The position numbers were made by a program, and so were the translations under genes. Under the pieces are notes generated by a model. It was given only the letters and a program-made list of their open reading frames with translations. It ran no database searches and was not told where the DNA came from. Below, piece by piece: positions 51,162 to 64,000 of a stretch of 64,000 bases of DNA (its first letter is position 1; each line of letters opens with the position of its first letter). The DNA comes from Octopus sinensis. Its lineage: Eukaryota. The stretch lies in assembly GCF_006345805.1 (NCBI RefSeq), contig NC_043005.1, positions 107,942,001 to 108,006,000 of the forward strand. Reading direction: 5' to 3'.

Positions 51162-52599
51162 CATACATACATATATATATATATATATGAAACAAAGCCA
51201 AATTTTATTAAAACTGTAAATGTTTTATCTAATTTGTCAACACTCATTGAAGCTTCTTAGTTATAAAAAAAATTTTAAACAACAAATATTTAAATGCTAC
51301 AATGTTATTTGACTTGAGGAAATGATGCTGATGATAATGTTGGTGATCGTAGTGGTGGAGAAGATGACGATGATGATGATGATGAAGATTATCATCATCA
51401 TCATCATCAACATGTGTTTTAATTGTATTTTTTTTCTTTTGTATTTGTATCTGGACAGAAAATTATCAATCAAGTTTAAGAAATTAAAGGAAGAATATTT
51501 ACCTGATTTAGGAGATTTAAAAGAGATAAAATAATTATAATTTATGATAACAGAAATTGCGATGATAATGATGATAACACCAATGATGACAACAACAGTG
51601 ATGATGTCGGGGGGGGGGTGATGAGAAGGGGGATGATGATCATCATCATCATTTTGAAAATGATGAGAGTAATAATAATGGTGGTGGTGGTAGTGGTGAT
51701 AAGAGGGGAATGATGTCATTGATGACAACACTAATGGGGGGGTAATGATGAAGATGATGATGACAGAGACAATGATGATGATGAGGAGGAGGAGGAGAAG
51801 GAGTAGGAAGCAGAAGAGGAGAGTTATGATGGTGGTAATGATAAAAATAATCTCTCATATAGACACAAAGCTATATACTGTACAATTAATGAAGGATTCA
51901 GTCAATTAAACTGATTCCAGCATCCATGGCTTTCTCACTCTCTCTCTCTCTTTCCCTCTTTCTCTCCCTTTCTTCTGCTCTTTCCCACATTCCTTCTGTC
52001 TCTCTCCCTCTCTCTCTTTCTGTCTCTCTCACTTCTTCTTATCATTATTACCCACCATTTTTGATGGGGTAAGTGTGCCTATCCCCAGTACTTGACATCA
52101 ACCCTTTGAATGCAGACAGAAGTAAGAAAGCCCTGTCCCAAGACATTCTGGTTCAATATTTTCATTTTATTTTGACATTCATCACCTTTATATATCTGTA
52201 ATAGATATTATACTATTATTATTAATAATGGTTTCAAAATTTTTACACAAGGCCAGTAATTTTAGGGGTAGGGAACGGACAGTTACATGAGCCCCGGAGC
52301 TCAACTGGTACTTATTTTGCTACCACATCCCCCCATAGTGCAAAGGATTCTTCAAGTTTCTGCCAGCTACTGCCATAATAATGATAGAGTGGCAAACTGG
52401 TAGAATCATTAGCATGACGAACAAAATACTTAGTGGCACTAAAGTTCTGAGTTCAAATACTGTCAAGGTTGGCTTTGCCTTTTATCCTTTTGGGGTCAAT
52501 AAAATTAGGACCAATTGAGCACTAGGATTGATGCAATCAACTTTCTCCTCTTCCTATATTGCTGGCCTTGTACCAAAATTTGAAATTAATATTATCGAT

Positions 52600-53652
52600 A
52601 ATGATGTTAGGTGAGCCCCTACCTGAGTTTAACATTCAGATAGGGGTTCACCAGGGCTCAGTTCTCAAGCCACTCTTATTCGTTATAGTCCTCCAGACCA
52701 TGACAGAAGAATTCAAAACTGGGTGCTCATGGGAATGACCTTGCTCTTATTGCAGAATGGTGATGACCTTGCTCTTATTGCAGAATCTTTAGTAGAATTG
52801 GAGAAGAAATTCCAGGTATGGAAACAAAACTTGGAATCAAAGAGTCTTAAAGTCAACCTAGCTAAGACAAAAGTTTTTAATAAGAACGAAGATAAAACTT
52901 TCTTTGTGTCAGGTTAATGGTCCTGGTCCATATGTAGGAAAAGAGTTGGATAAAATTCCATTCACTGCATCCAGTGTAAACTATAGACACATCAGAGATG
53001 CAGTGGTATTACAGGTAGATTAACAGATAAAGTAGTCTTTGTATGTGGTAGATGTGCAGGAACAATAAGCGCTAAGAGCACACAGGAATTAGATTTTCTC
53101 AAATGCCCAGGAGGCTCTCTTGAGGTTGTAGATATTTTCTGTTACCTAAGTGACCAAATTACCAATGGTGGAGGATGCTCTGACAGTATTGTTTCAATAA
53201 CCTTTTCACCATCACCTCCTCTCCTCTTAAAAGATTTTGTCTTCCAAGTACTTGGTAACTCTGTCAGTGCAGGTGCCACTTAAAAGCACCCAGTCCATGC
53301 CATAAAGTGGTTGGTGTTCAGAAGGGCATCCAGCTGTAAAAACCTTGCCAAAACTGACCTCGCCCATGCTAGTGCCACATAAAAAGCACTAAGTCCACTC
53401 TGCTGAGTGGTTGTTATTAGGAAGGGTATCCAGCTGTAAAAACCTTGCCAAAACTGACCTCGCCTGTGCTAGTGCCACATAAAAAGCACTAAGTCCACTC
53501 TACTGAGTGGTTGTTATTAGGAAGGGTATCCAGCTGTAAAATTCCTGCCAAAACAGTCACAGAAGTCTGGTGCAGGCTTCGGCCTGGCCAGCTCTTGTGG
53601 TGCTGTCCCACCCATGCCAGCATGGAACACGGATGTTAAATGAAGATGATGA
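52600..53652 (+). mobile_element. RTE LINE remnant: RT core fragment, Cys-rich segment and 3' UTR
   Basis: GVHQGSVL.PLLF, DDLALIAES...KVNLAKTKV; CIQCK..HQRCSG..VCGRC; 3' tail ending GATGATGATG. Confidence 0.85.
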
Positions 53653-54152
53653 TGTCTGATTCATACCTACAGGTGTATGAGACCACAACTTATCCAGAGC
53701 TTCAAGGTTTTAGACAGAGAATATAAACCGACATCTTGAACAGTCTGCTGATCTATCGTAGAGTTAGAGTTAACTCCCAAATTACCCTTGTGCTCATTTT
53801 TCAGCCGAGTGTATTGAAACAATGTAAAAAGAAATGACATGCTCAAGGACACAGCATGTCCACTCGTCTGCAAACCAAACCCACGATTATAAACCCAACA
53901 CTCAAAGCAGCTAGGTTATGTGATTTCACTAATTCCCATGAAGGAAATTACACCAAACAACAACTGAATGCAATACTATTTCATAACTTATAATTTACAA
54001 CTGGAATCACTAACACTTAAAGCAGTGTTTCTCAACCCTTTTACCCTTGCATAACCCTTAAAATATATTACATGTCTCAAGGAACCCCTGCACAAAACAA
54101 GTTATATACTATATCTTTCTCATATATTTTCGTTGTAGTTGACATGGTTTAT

Positions 54153-54186
<34 letters not shown>

Positions 54187-54190
<4 letters not shown>

Positions 54191-54490
54191 AAATTTAGAG
54201 AACTGACCACTAGAAATGGACAGCCTATACGCTAGATATAGATGTCAAAATCGCCATTTTCCACGAAGAATGTGTTCTCAGGAAAACATTCAGCAAAAAA
54301 CCAAAGTGTAAAAATAAGCAAGAAATGAAAATATACGAAATAAAAAACGATTGGCGATTTTGACATCTATATCTAGCGTATAGGCTGTCCATTTTTAGTG
54401 ATCAATGAAATTTTTAATCTTCAGATTTTTTAAAATATGCTATGCTATTGGTTTTAATTGATTAATATCAATTTCTACCCTTATTTAAAT
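54187..54490. mobile_element. Family P element, 'filled' form, containing a TA-flanked MITE-like insert with 43-bp perfect TIRs
   Basis: Arms 54214-54256 and 54352-54394 are exact reverse complements; flanks match the two halves of the 27547 palindrome. Confidence 0.8.
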
Positions 54491-54642
54491 TTATATATAC
54501 ATATATATATATATAATAATAATAATAATATGTTACAATTACTCAATAGTCAAGATAAAACTCTGAGTTTCAGATGCCGAAGTGGAAATCCACAACACCA
54601 TCTCTTTGGTTATATATATATAATTATATATGTATATAATTA

Positions 54643-55351
54643 CTAGCATTAAAGACCCGTCGTTGCCGGGTCATAGTGCTAGTGCATGTATATATGTGTA
54701 TATATATATGTACATATTACATGTACATCTATATATATATACATCTACACATAAAATGCAAAATACAAAGTTATATCTTGATATCGCTAGTGACAACAAT
54801 ACTCAAAATATATAACAGACTGGAATTGTAAGCTCTTTTTTTTCTCTACATTGTATACTTTATAGACAATAGTCTTTTCTTTAATTTAATTTTTTATTAT
54901 CCATCTGGACTATTCCATTTCTGCACGCTAATTTTATTTTTAAATTATTCCCATTCATGTGAAACCACTTATTCAAGTTCAAATCATTGATGCAATTTTA
55001 TACCAATTGCTATTTTTACTTATAGTATACTTTAGTTTGATTTTAATTATTACTTACTACATATAATTCAATTGTTATTTTTATTTTTATTGTTAAAGTG
55101 AAAGCATCTGACATAAAATTGAGAAATATTTTTGTTTCACTTTTAACATGTAATACTGAAATAGTAGAAAAGATATGATATTGCTATAGGCTCGCTCTAG
55201 GCAAGAAGTTGAACAATTTTTTTTTGCCCATGAAACTACATGGACCCTAAGTAAGGCATGTGTAAAATTTGAATGAAATTGGTTGTGTAGTTCTCAAGTT
55301 TAGGGAAACACACAGACAGACAGACACACATTCTCAGTTTTATATATATAA
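54643..55351 (-). mobile_element. Non-autonomous Helitron-like element (~710 bp)
   Basis: Minus-strand 5' end T(T)ATATATATAAAACTGAG followed by GTCT microsatellite; 3' hairpin GACCCG-7nt-CGGGTC (54654-54672) just before CTAG|T; sits between A and T with no TSD. Confidence 0.7.
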
Positions 55352-56195
55352 TTATGACTTATAAAGATCAATGAAACTGTAAAAGATACATATAAAAGAC
55401 AGAACAAAGAGCCTGATTTTGTGTGAAAATGTTGCTTCTTTGGAGATGGTGGTATAAGTTTTGAGAGTAGTGGTGGTAGCCATAGCAACAGCAGCAATAG
55501 CAGTGGCAGTGATGCTGTTGCTGTTGGTGGTGGTGATAGTGCTAGTGGAGTCTGATGGAGTGTAAGGACAGAGTGGTGATGGTGAGTTGGTAGTAAGGTT
55601 GATGATGATGATGATGATGTTGAAAATGAGGGTGATTCTGACGAAGATGATGAGGATGATGATGACGACGATGCTGCTGTTGCTGCTGCTGCTGATTGTT
55701 GTTGTTGTTGTTGTTGTTGCTAAGCAACAAGATGGGTAAGAGTGATTAGGTGATGGTCTAGACCTTAGGGGTGGGAGACCCCAGACCTTGGAAAAAAAAC
55801 AACTTTGGTCGTCTTGTTGTAGTCAAGGGCTCTTCGTTGACACCTGACACCACTGAGAGATGGCCCTCGAAGTCGCTGGAAATGGAGATCTCCAGGTCCA
55901 TATTCTTGGACGGCTGCTGCTGATGATGATGATGGCAAATATTGCTATTATTGTTTAGTCCCAGGTAATCTCAGATCAATTAGGCATTTGGTTAAGAACT
56001 TATGAATAGTTTCCTTAGTTAATTCAAACACAGATCATCTTAGCTAATGTCATGCAATAAAGTGTATTTTCAGAGAGATTTAGCTACGTTTTCTAGCAGG
56101 TTGATGTGACCTATAAAATGCACCACCTTTGATTATGTTTCTTTGCATTGCTGGAGTTGCTGCTTAGCTCAAGGTAAACATGTCTGAATAAATCT

Positions 56196-56321
56196 TATTT
56201 CTTTACTACCCACAAGGGGCTAAACACAGAGAGGACAAACGGATTAAGATGATTACATCGACCCCAGTGCGTAACTGGTACTTAATTTATCGACCCCGAA
56301 AGGATGAAAGGAAAAGTCGAC
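56196..56321 (-). mobile_element. SINE family B 3' fragment
   Basis: Reverse complement of the consensus. Confidence 0.8.
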
Positions 56322-56376
56322 AAATCTAGAATCAAAGATATTGAAACTGTGACTAAACCATTATTTGTATATATAT

Positions 56377-56784
56377 AGGTGCAGGAGTGGCTGTGTGGTA
56401 AGTAGCTTGCTTACCAATCACATGGTTCTGGGTTCAGTCCCACAGCGTGGCACCTTGGGCAAGTGTCTTCTTCTATAGTCTCAGGCTGACCAAAGCCTTC
56501 TGTGGATTTGGTAGATGGAAACTGAAAGAAGCCTGTTGTATATATGTATATATGTGTGTATGTGCATGTATATGTTTGTGTATCTGTGCTTGTCCCCCAG
56601 CATTGCTTGACAACCGATGGTGGTGTGTTTACGTCCCTGTAACTTAGCAGTTCATCAAAAGAGACCGATAGAATAAGTACTAGGCTTACAAAGAATAAGT
56701 CATGGCGTCGATTAGCTTGACTTAAGGTGGTGCTCCAGCTTGGCCACAGTCACATGACTGAAACATGTAAAAGAGTAAAGAGTA
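56377..56784 (+). mobile_element. SINE family A
   Basis: Full-length copy. Confidence 0.9.
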
Positions 56785-57691
56785 TAACTATGTTGTCCAA
56801 AGTGTCCTTCATTTTTTTATATAGTATGACATGATTTAAAGAAGATTTGATTACTATTTTTACCAAAAGTGAGCAATCATATAAAGAATCCGTTCTTGGC
56901 TCTTGCTAATAGTGCTAATTATGGTTGTGGTGTTGTAAGTTTTGCTGTTATTTTTCAGCCTCCAAACCTGCCCTGATCCCTTAGAAATTTGATTATAGAC
57001 TCTCCAGTCATGACTGCCTAGTTTCTTATTTTAGACACAATGCCTCTTCAACAACCTTCTCCAAGTTGTTCTTTTTTCTTCACTTTATAAAGAGTCGGGT
57101 GAGACTTCAGGAAGATTTGGTTGCTATTTCTTGCAGGTTAAGAAATTATGCAGTCCCTCCATTTGTTACAATGTGTTGTTATTTAGTTCTGAGTCAGCCC
57201 TGACTGAACTGACTAATGATTAATGGTTATCCAAACATGAAGATTCCATCTTTTCAGGAATATGTTGGACCACAGAATAATGCGTCCTCTCATGTAGAAG
57301 ACAAAGATATGATTTGAAGGATTTGTGCTTGTGATTTCTAGCCAGTTAAATGGCCACATAGAGAGTTCCTTAAATGCTTCTGGTAACAGGTAAATGGTGG
57401 TGTGGTTGAAGATAGGCCAAAGATAATAGGTAGAAAGATATAATAGGCAAGATAGAGAAATAGAGAGGTGGGGATATAGAAGGCAGATAGAGAGATAGAT
57501 AGATAGATAGAAAGAGAGAGAGAGATAGAGAACAAGAGATAGAGGGAAAAGAAAGAGGGAGAGAGAGAGAGACGAACAGAATGACCGATTTATGAAAGAG
57601 AAAGAAAGAGAGGGGAAACGAAGAAGAGAAACAAAAAATGATATATACACACATATATATACATGCACACACACACACACATATATGTCTC

Positions 57692-57729
<38 letters not shown>

Positions 57730-58343
57730 AATATATATATACATATATATATATATAAAGAGAGAGAGAAAGGAAGAAAGAGAAACACAGAAATAGGTAA
57801 ATAAGCATATGAGCAAGAAAAGAGAAAGAGAGAGAGGGTGAGAGAGAGGAGCAGATAGGCATACAGATAGACACAAATACAAAGAGGTAAAGAGAAAGAG
57901 AATAAGAGAAAGTGCAAGGCAGACTGGCCTATGGAAGGAGAAGAAGAAGAAGAAGGAGGGGGAGGGGGAGGAGAAGAAGAAGAAGAAGAAGAAGAAGAAG
58001 AAGAAGAAGAGAAGAAGAAGAAGAAGAGTGAAAGAGAGAAACAGGGAGATGTATAAAAAGGGAGAGGCATATAGACACACACAGACAGACATATAAAGAT
58101 AGAGCGAAAGAGCGACATCATCATCATCATCATCGTATAGAGGAAAAGAGAAGATGGAGAAGAAGTAAGAGGAGAGAAAGAAGAAGGAGAAACAAAAGGT
58201 TTACAAAGTAAATTAGGAAGTCCATTACGACTTATTCGTAATTCCATCAAACATAATTGAAAACGTAAAAATCAATAAAGAGAATAAATAGAAAACAAAA
58301 ACATAAAGCACAAAAACAATTATTAATAAAATAATAATAATAA

Positions 58344-58437
<94 letters not shown>

Positions 58438-58908
58438 TACTCTCAGGAAATATTTCCATTTAACAATACAAAGAAATTTATAATGAAGATTCCAAAGAAA
58501 AATGGTATAGCAATCATTGAAGTTATAGACATTTGAAAATAATATATTTACAATGATTAAAATGATTTGCTGTGTCTAATGTTTTGTAGTTGCTGTTTTG
58601 TGTTTTACTTTATTTTGTTTTATTATTTGTTTATGTTGTGTTTGTTGTTGTTGACCATTGGTGTCTAGGTTTGGTATACTTTGTATTAAATACACAATCA
58701 TGTTTCTTTTTTTTGTGTATGTTTGTGTGTATATGTGTATACATATATAAAATATATTTTATTTTTTATGTATTTTATGTGTGCGTGTACATATATATAT
58801 ACATATATATATATATTTATATATATACATGTACACATACACACACATATATATATATATCTATACACACATACTTTATACATACATATATAGATGTATG
58901 ACAATTTA

Positions 58909-58941
<33 letters not shown>

Positions 58942-59663
58942 ATAAATGTTTATTTGTAATAATTTCAATTTTTCTTCTATATAAATGGTTTAAAATGAAA
59001 CACATTAAAAAGAAATTTTTGTAACATGAAAATTTTAATGACATCAGACAGGTGTCAGTTGATGGGTGTATTTAATTTATGTATACAATGGTATAATATA
59101 AATGTCTTCTCTTGTGTGTGGGTGTGCCTGAGCACAACACAAACACACACACACACACACACACATGCACACACACACACATATATACAGAAATATAAAC
59201 TATACATAACAAAATATATATATAAAATATATATGCATGCGTATTTTTGCAAGCATGTATGTATATGTATACGTGAGTGTGTATATGTATGTATATATGT
59301 ATAAGTAATGATTTCAATAAGTCATGAAAAAGTTGTTTTCATACAAATAAAAGCTATATATCTTTCTTCAATTCAATCTTTTTTAATTTTGAGAACAAAA
59401 TGAAATAAAATAAATTATTGATTTTATTTCTCTTACGAAGAAGTAAACGATCAGTAATTATGCTGTCTCCTAAAATACATTAACAGATTTTGAAATGGGG
59501 CTATTTATTTGGACATTGTTTATGGCGAAAGTCTTTTATTTTTTTTAAATATAAGAAATCCAGTATTCATGGAATCAAGCATTTTGCTTTGTTACATCAT
59601 AGTAGTTCTTAGGTATGTTAAGGGCCAAATCAGCTGAAAAAGGTTTTATACCTTTATTTCAGG

Positions 59664-59991
59664 TCATTTGTCCTTTGATTGATAGGGAAAGATTTTGGAG
59701 GATGCATGTATGTCCTTTAAATCTTTTAGAATTTTGCTTTGTTTTCTTAAGTTACATGGCACCCAAATATCTAGGGTTTGTAGTCTTTTGTTACATATGT
59801 ACAAGGACCATTGTCTGTGACCAAGATGCTCCCTTTTTATTTGTAGCATCTGAAGAAAGGTGTATTGCCTTTGACTTTTGTGAGTGCTCCAAAACCAGAG
59901 AGCATCATGCATTAATGTTCCATTCAAACTATTATCAGTCAACACCAGTAAAAAGACACGAGCAGAGTGATCACTCCAGAAGGTTGATTTT
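59664..59991 (-). CDS. Candidate terminal exon (KSTFWSDHSARVFLLVLTDNSLNG...SKIFPYQSKDK*)
   Basis: CTAAT branch-like motif and acceptor cattccttctcAG, then 108 open codons to TGA; overlapped by a 126-aa ORF on the plus strand. Confidence 0.3.
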
Positions 59992-60058
59992 CTGAGAAGG
60001 AATGATTAGGCATATTAGTTAGGCTTTTTTCTTCCTCAAGTGGCAGCAACAGAAACAA

Positions 60059-60610
60059 CATCATCATCATCATCATCATCGTTTAGCATCCGCTTTCCAT
60101 GCTGGCATGGGTTGGATGGTTTGACTGAGGACTGGTGAGCCAGAGGCTGCACCAGGCTCAATCTGATCTGGCAAAGTTTCTACAGCTGGATGCCCTTCCT
60201 AACGTCAACCACTCTGAAAGTGTAGTGAGTGCATTCTGCATGCCACTGGCACAAGGACCAATCAGGTGGTTCTGGCAATGACCACACCCAAAAGGTGTTT
60301 TAACATGCTACCGGTGGCACTGGCAGTGACCATGCTCAAATGTTGTTTTTCATGTGCCACCGGCACATATGCTGGTAAGTCAACGCTGGCAATGATCATG
60401 TTCGAATGGTGCATTTCACATGTCACTGGCACAAGTGCCAATCAGGCGGTACTGTCATCGGCCACGTCAGCAATTTTGATTCGTTTACATTTGCCTCAAT
60501 AGGTCTTCACAAGCAAAATTCATTGTCCAATGAATGAGGGGTACTCATAAGTGGGCCGTTACACACCATGTTCGGATGTGCTTTTAACATTCCACTGGTA
60601 CGAGTGCCAA
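60059..60610 (-). mobile_element. RTE LINE 3' UTR fragment
   Basis: Tail consensus plus internal GTGCCA repeats. Confidence 0.85.
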
Positions 60611-61002
60611 TCATACAGATTGACTAAAGCAGAATGGATGCCTGGTGTCTGAACCCAAGTAGATGTGCATGCACATTGGTAAACTATGTTGTGAGAGAAT
60701 GAACTGGAGTTGGTGAGCTTTTAAAGTTCAATTGGCTGTTATGATACAGAAGAAGTCAAGCAGGCTTACACTACCATAAAATTAAGGAAGTACTAAGTAA
60801 CCATAGAATGGACCAAAAACTTCCAGAAATATATAATCTAACCTATAAGCGCTATGTGACCATAGCAGTTTGCCTTTATTTTAGCTAACTGCTAGCAGGT
60901 TAAGAATATTTATATTTATTTGAACTGGTGTGTGATTGCTCTACCAAGAAAGGAAAAATACAAGTAGGAAGCAGGAAATCATAGTGAACAGTTCTAGACC
61001 CA

Positions 61003-61258
61003 CATCATCATTATCATCATCATCATCATCATCATAGTTTAACGTCCGCTTTCCATGCTAGCATGGGTTGGGCGATTTTGATTGAGGGCTGGCAAACCAG
61101 ATGGCTGCACCAGGCTCCAATCTTGATTTGGTAGAGTTTCTACAGCTGGATGCCCTTCCTAATGCCAACCACTCCGAGATTGTAGTGGGTGCTTTTTACG
61201 TGCCACTGGCATGGGTGCCAGTCAGGCAGTACTGGCAATGACCTCACTCGAATCCTTT
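61003..61258 (-). mobile_element. RTE LINE 3' tail
   Basis: Tail consensus. Confidence 0.85.
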
Positions 61259-61630
61259 TGTTTAATTCTGGGACAAACATTTTGGCTAATTTTCAAACTA
61301 AGTGATTGGTTTTTAGCTTTGGTAATGTTGTTGGAACCACTAAGATTTTTTTCAATTTCATGAAAGTTTGTCAAGGACAGAGTTTGCTTCAGGATATTCA
61401 CATTTGACGGGATTATGTAATGCTTTTAGTAGAGCTTGTGATAACTTAGATCACTTACAAATTTTATCAATGATGACTCTTAGCAGCTGATAGCTGTCAT
61501 AGGCAAAATCCATTTAGAACTTGTCTTCCGAGGGGGACTAGAGGCATAAACAATCATAATATGTTCAGTGGTCAAGGTAATGACCAACGAGCACCCAGTC
61601 TGTCGAGAGTGTCCTGGTGTCCCCTCTCAC

Positions 61631-61922
61631 CTGTTTTGTACCATTAACACCTGTGTCTACACTGTTGAATTTTGAAAATTTCCAACACATAAAGCTGGTG
61701 CCTGCATCCATTGGTGACATTACCAATATGGGGTCTGATATTTTAGAACTGAGGTGATTTGCATCTATCTGGACTATATATGTGTTGGTAATAATAGCAG
61801 AAATTGAATCTTTATTGTAAAATATGGAGGCGAATGGATACAGAAGGTTGGTAACTATATACCCTGTTGATATCACCCATAAGAGGTTTGACACATTGGA
61901 AGTTGAAGTGATCAGCATCAGT
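61631..61922 (-). CDS. Candidate 292-nt internal exon (LMLITSTSNVSNLLWVISTGYIV...FMCWKFSKFNSVDTGVNGTKQ)
   Basis: 97 open codons, donor CAG|GTGAGA. Removing the adjacent SINE restores the acceptor ccatctcatattttctcAG. No homology recognised. Confidence 0.35.
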
Positions 61923-61924
61923 CT

Positions 61925-62223
61925 TTTCCTTCTCAAGCCACGCCTGGCTCATAAGGGCCGGTTTCCCAGTTTCCTTGGTGTATAGGTTCCCCACCTGGAT
62001 GGTGGGGCCGGCCTGTCGCAGGTGAGCTGCAAGATGCATGAGGAAAGAGTGAGAGAAAGTTGTGGCGAAAGAGTCAGCAGAAGTTCGCCATTACCTTCTG
62101 CCGGAGCCGCGTGGAGCTTATATGTTTCACTCATAAGTACACACATCGCCCGGTCTGAGATTCGAACCCACGACCCCTTGACCGTGAGTCCGCTGCTCTA
62201 ACTACTAGGCCATGTGCCTCCAC
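61925..62223 (-). mobile_element. tRNA-derived SINE with a 14-bp target-site duplication
   Basis: TSD ATCAGCATCAGTCT at 61911-61924 and 62224-62237; A-box TGGCCTAGTAG, B-box GGTTCGAATC. Confidence 0.9.
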
Positions 62224-62398
62224 ATCAGCATCAGTCTGAGAAAATATGAGATGGTACTAGGAGCAGAAATTAACCAAGACTTGTCAGTAGACTTATTTCT
62301 TGGCTCATTAATGCAAGTATTTCTTACTAAAGCAAGTGTACTATCTATGTCTTTGGAGTTTGGTTCTCTCTAAACCTTCTGGTGGTCAAGCACTGACA

Positions 62399-62607
62399 TC
62401 ATCATCATCATCATCATCATCGTTTAACGTCCGCTTTCCATGCTAGCATGGGTTGGACGATTTTGACTGAGGGCTGGCGAACCAGATGGCTGCACAAGGC
62501 TCCAATCGTGATTTGGCAGAGTTTCTATGGCTGGCTATGGCTGGATACCCTTCCTAACACCAACCACTCCGAGAGTGTAGTGGGTGCTTTATATGTGCCA
62601 CCGGCAC
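62399..62607 (-). mobile_element. RTE LINE 3' tail
   Basis: Tail consensus. Confidence 0.85.
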
Positions 62608-64000
62608 ATGATGTGAGGAATAGAATTTGAGAAGAAACAGTCCATTCAGAAAATTATGCATGTGTTTAACATGAGTCTTTCTGATTAAAATTATGTTTAA
62701 ACAAGTAGATAGATATATAAATAAATAAAGAAAGAAAGTAAACTGGTCGAAAGGACTTCTAAAAAATAATAAATACGATCTGTTGTTAGAGAGAAAACAG
62801 AAGATGTAGTAGATGTGATGCGGGATAGCAAGACATGCTGGGCCTAAAACAAATTAGATGATGAAAGATTGGTACATACAAAGTTATGACATAAAACAGA
62901 CCTTGTTAACACTTGATGGTATAGAAAGATAAATGTTAAAACAATGAGAACATTGATGACGATGCTGCTGCTGCTGCTGATGATGATGATAACGATGACA
63001 ATGGCAAGGATAACAATGACGGTGGTGGTGGCAGGGGTGACAGAAGTGCTGGTGGTGGTGGTGGTGGTGGGGTCATTGATATTGATGATGAACAAGGAGG
63101 AAAAGGAGAAAGAAGTGGAAGAATATAATTAAGTTGAGAAAAATGTAAAAAAAAACAACAAACAAAAAAACAAGATTAGCTTTTAGATTATTTATTTAGG
63201 AATCAGAATGAAATTAAAAATAATATTTAAAAAGGAACAAAATGTATGATAGGAATATTGTTTATCGCTTCTGATGGGCTCGGCTTGAAATTCTGTAAAA
63301 AAAATATTTTTTCTTCATTCCATGGCTCCAAAAAATATACTTCTGTTATTACATTTACCAATATTACTATTGCCAAGACTGACCACTTCTTGTCTGCTTA
63401 AAATCTAGAGAGTCTTCATAAAGAGTCACTGTGGCTACCAGCATTTAAGATCTTATAAATAAATTCTACAAAAATATCCTTGTGCTGACTTTAAAACTAT
63501 AAATCATATTTATTTTCAATATCATTTACATTGTTTATATTTTATTAAAAAAAAATGATTAATGGTTAACACACATCTCCTTTACAATATTATTGTTCTT
63601 ACAATTATTATTATTTTTATTATTATTATTTTTATTATTATTATTATTATTACATATATAAGAAAAAGAAAATTCTTCTTCAACTGACTCATTTCATATA
63701 TTATTTTCTGGAAGTTGATTAAATTCTATATTGAGAGTTTCTACATATCAAATATTTGGTATTTGTGAACTAGTTTCTCTCTCTCTTTTCTCTCTCTCTC
63801 TCTCTCTCTCTCGCTCTCTCTGTATATGCATGTGTATGTGTGTGTTCATGTATTTGTGTGTGTTTATGCATGTATGTGTATGTACATATGTGAGATAGGT
63901 CGTGACTGCTTACTGAGAAAAATTGCCACAAACTTAGAAAAAGATCTCGTTACCAGTTTACTACGAAGGAGAGTATGATACATAAAATTTAATTTGATTT

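Noticed and set aside
59700-59850. Retroviral-type integrase motif (ILVTDNGPC) in another minus frame
   Set aside because: Isolated short motif in a frame with many stops; no other LTR-retroelement features.

Overview
Eukaryotic, AT-rich, repeat-saturated DNA, most likely from an octopus or other coleoid cephalopod. That assignment is inferred from my recognition of the SINE/LINE families and the extreme (TA)n/(GATA)n/(CAT)n microsatellite load, not from a database search. Nearly all ORFs in the supplied track are microsatellite translation artefacts. The recognisable protein-coding remnants are all decayed transposons: RTE and CR1-like LINEs, R4/Dong-like restriction-endonuclease LINEs and a maT/mariner transposase. 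There are also many tRNA-derived SINE copies, several MITEs (mariner-, piggyBac- and hAT-like) and a non-autonomous Helitron. No host gene could be named; a few candidate exons (61631-61922 minus, 59664-59991 minus, 2566-2719 plus, 29898-30042 plus) are listed at low confidence. No rRNA, true tRNA or CRISPR-Cas system is supported. The most unusual structures are: an 8 x ~191 bp array built from an RTE 3' tail with a 16-bp palindrome in every unit; a ~235-bp-arm fold-back inversion; a SINE whose target-site duplication copies a putative splice acceptor; filled and empty versions of a palindromic element; degenerate hammerhead-like motifs; and a locally templated 350-bp insertion inside a LINE. 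Coordinates were counted by hand and element boundaries are approximate.
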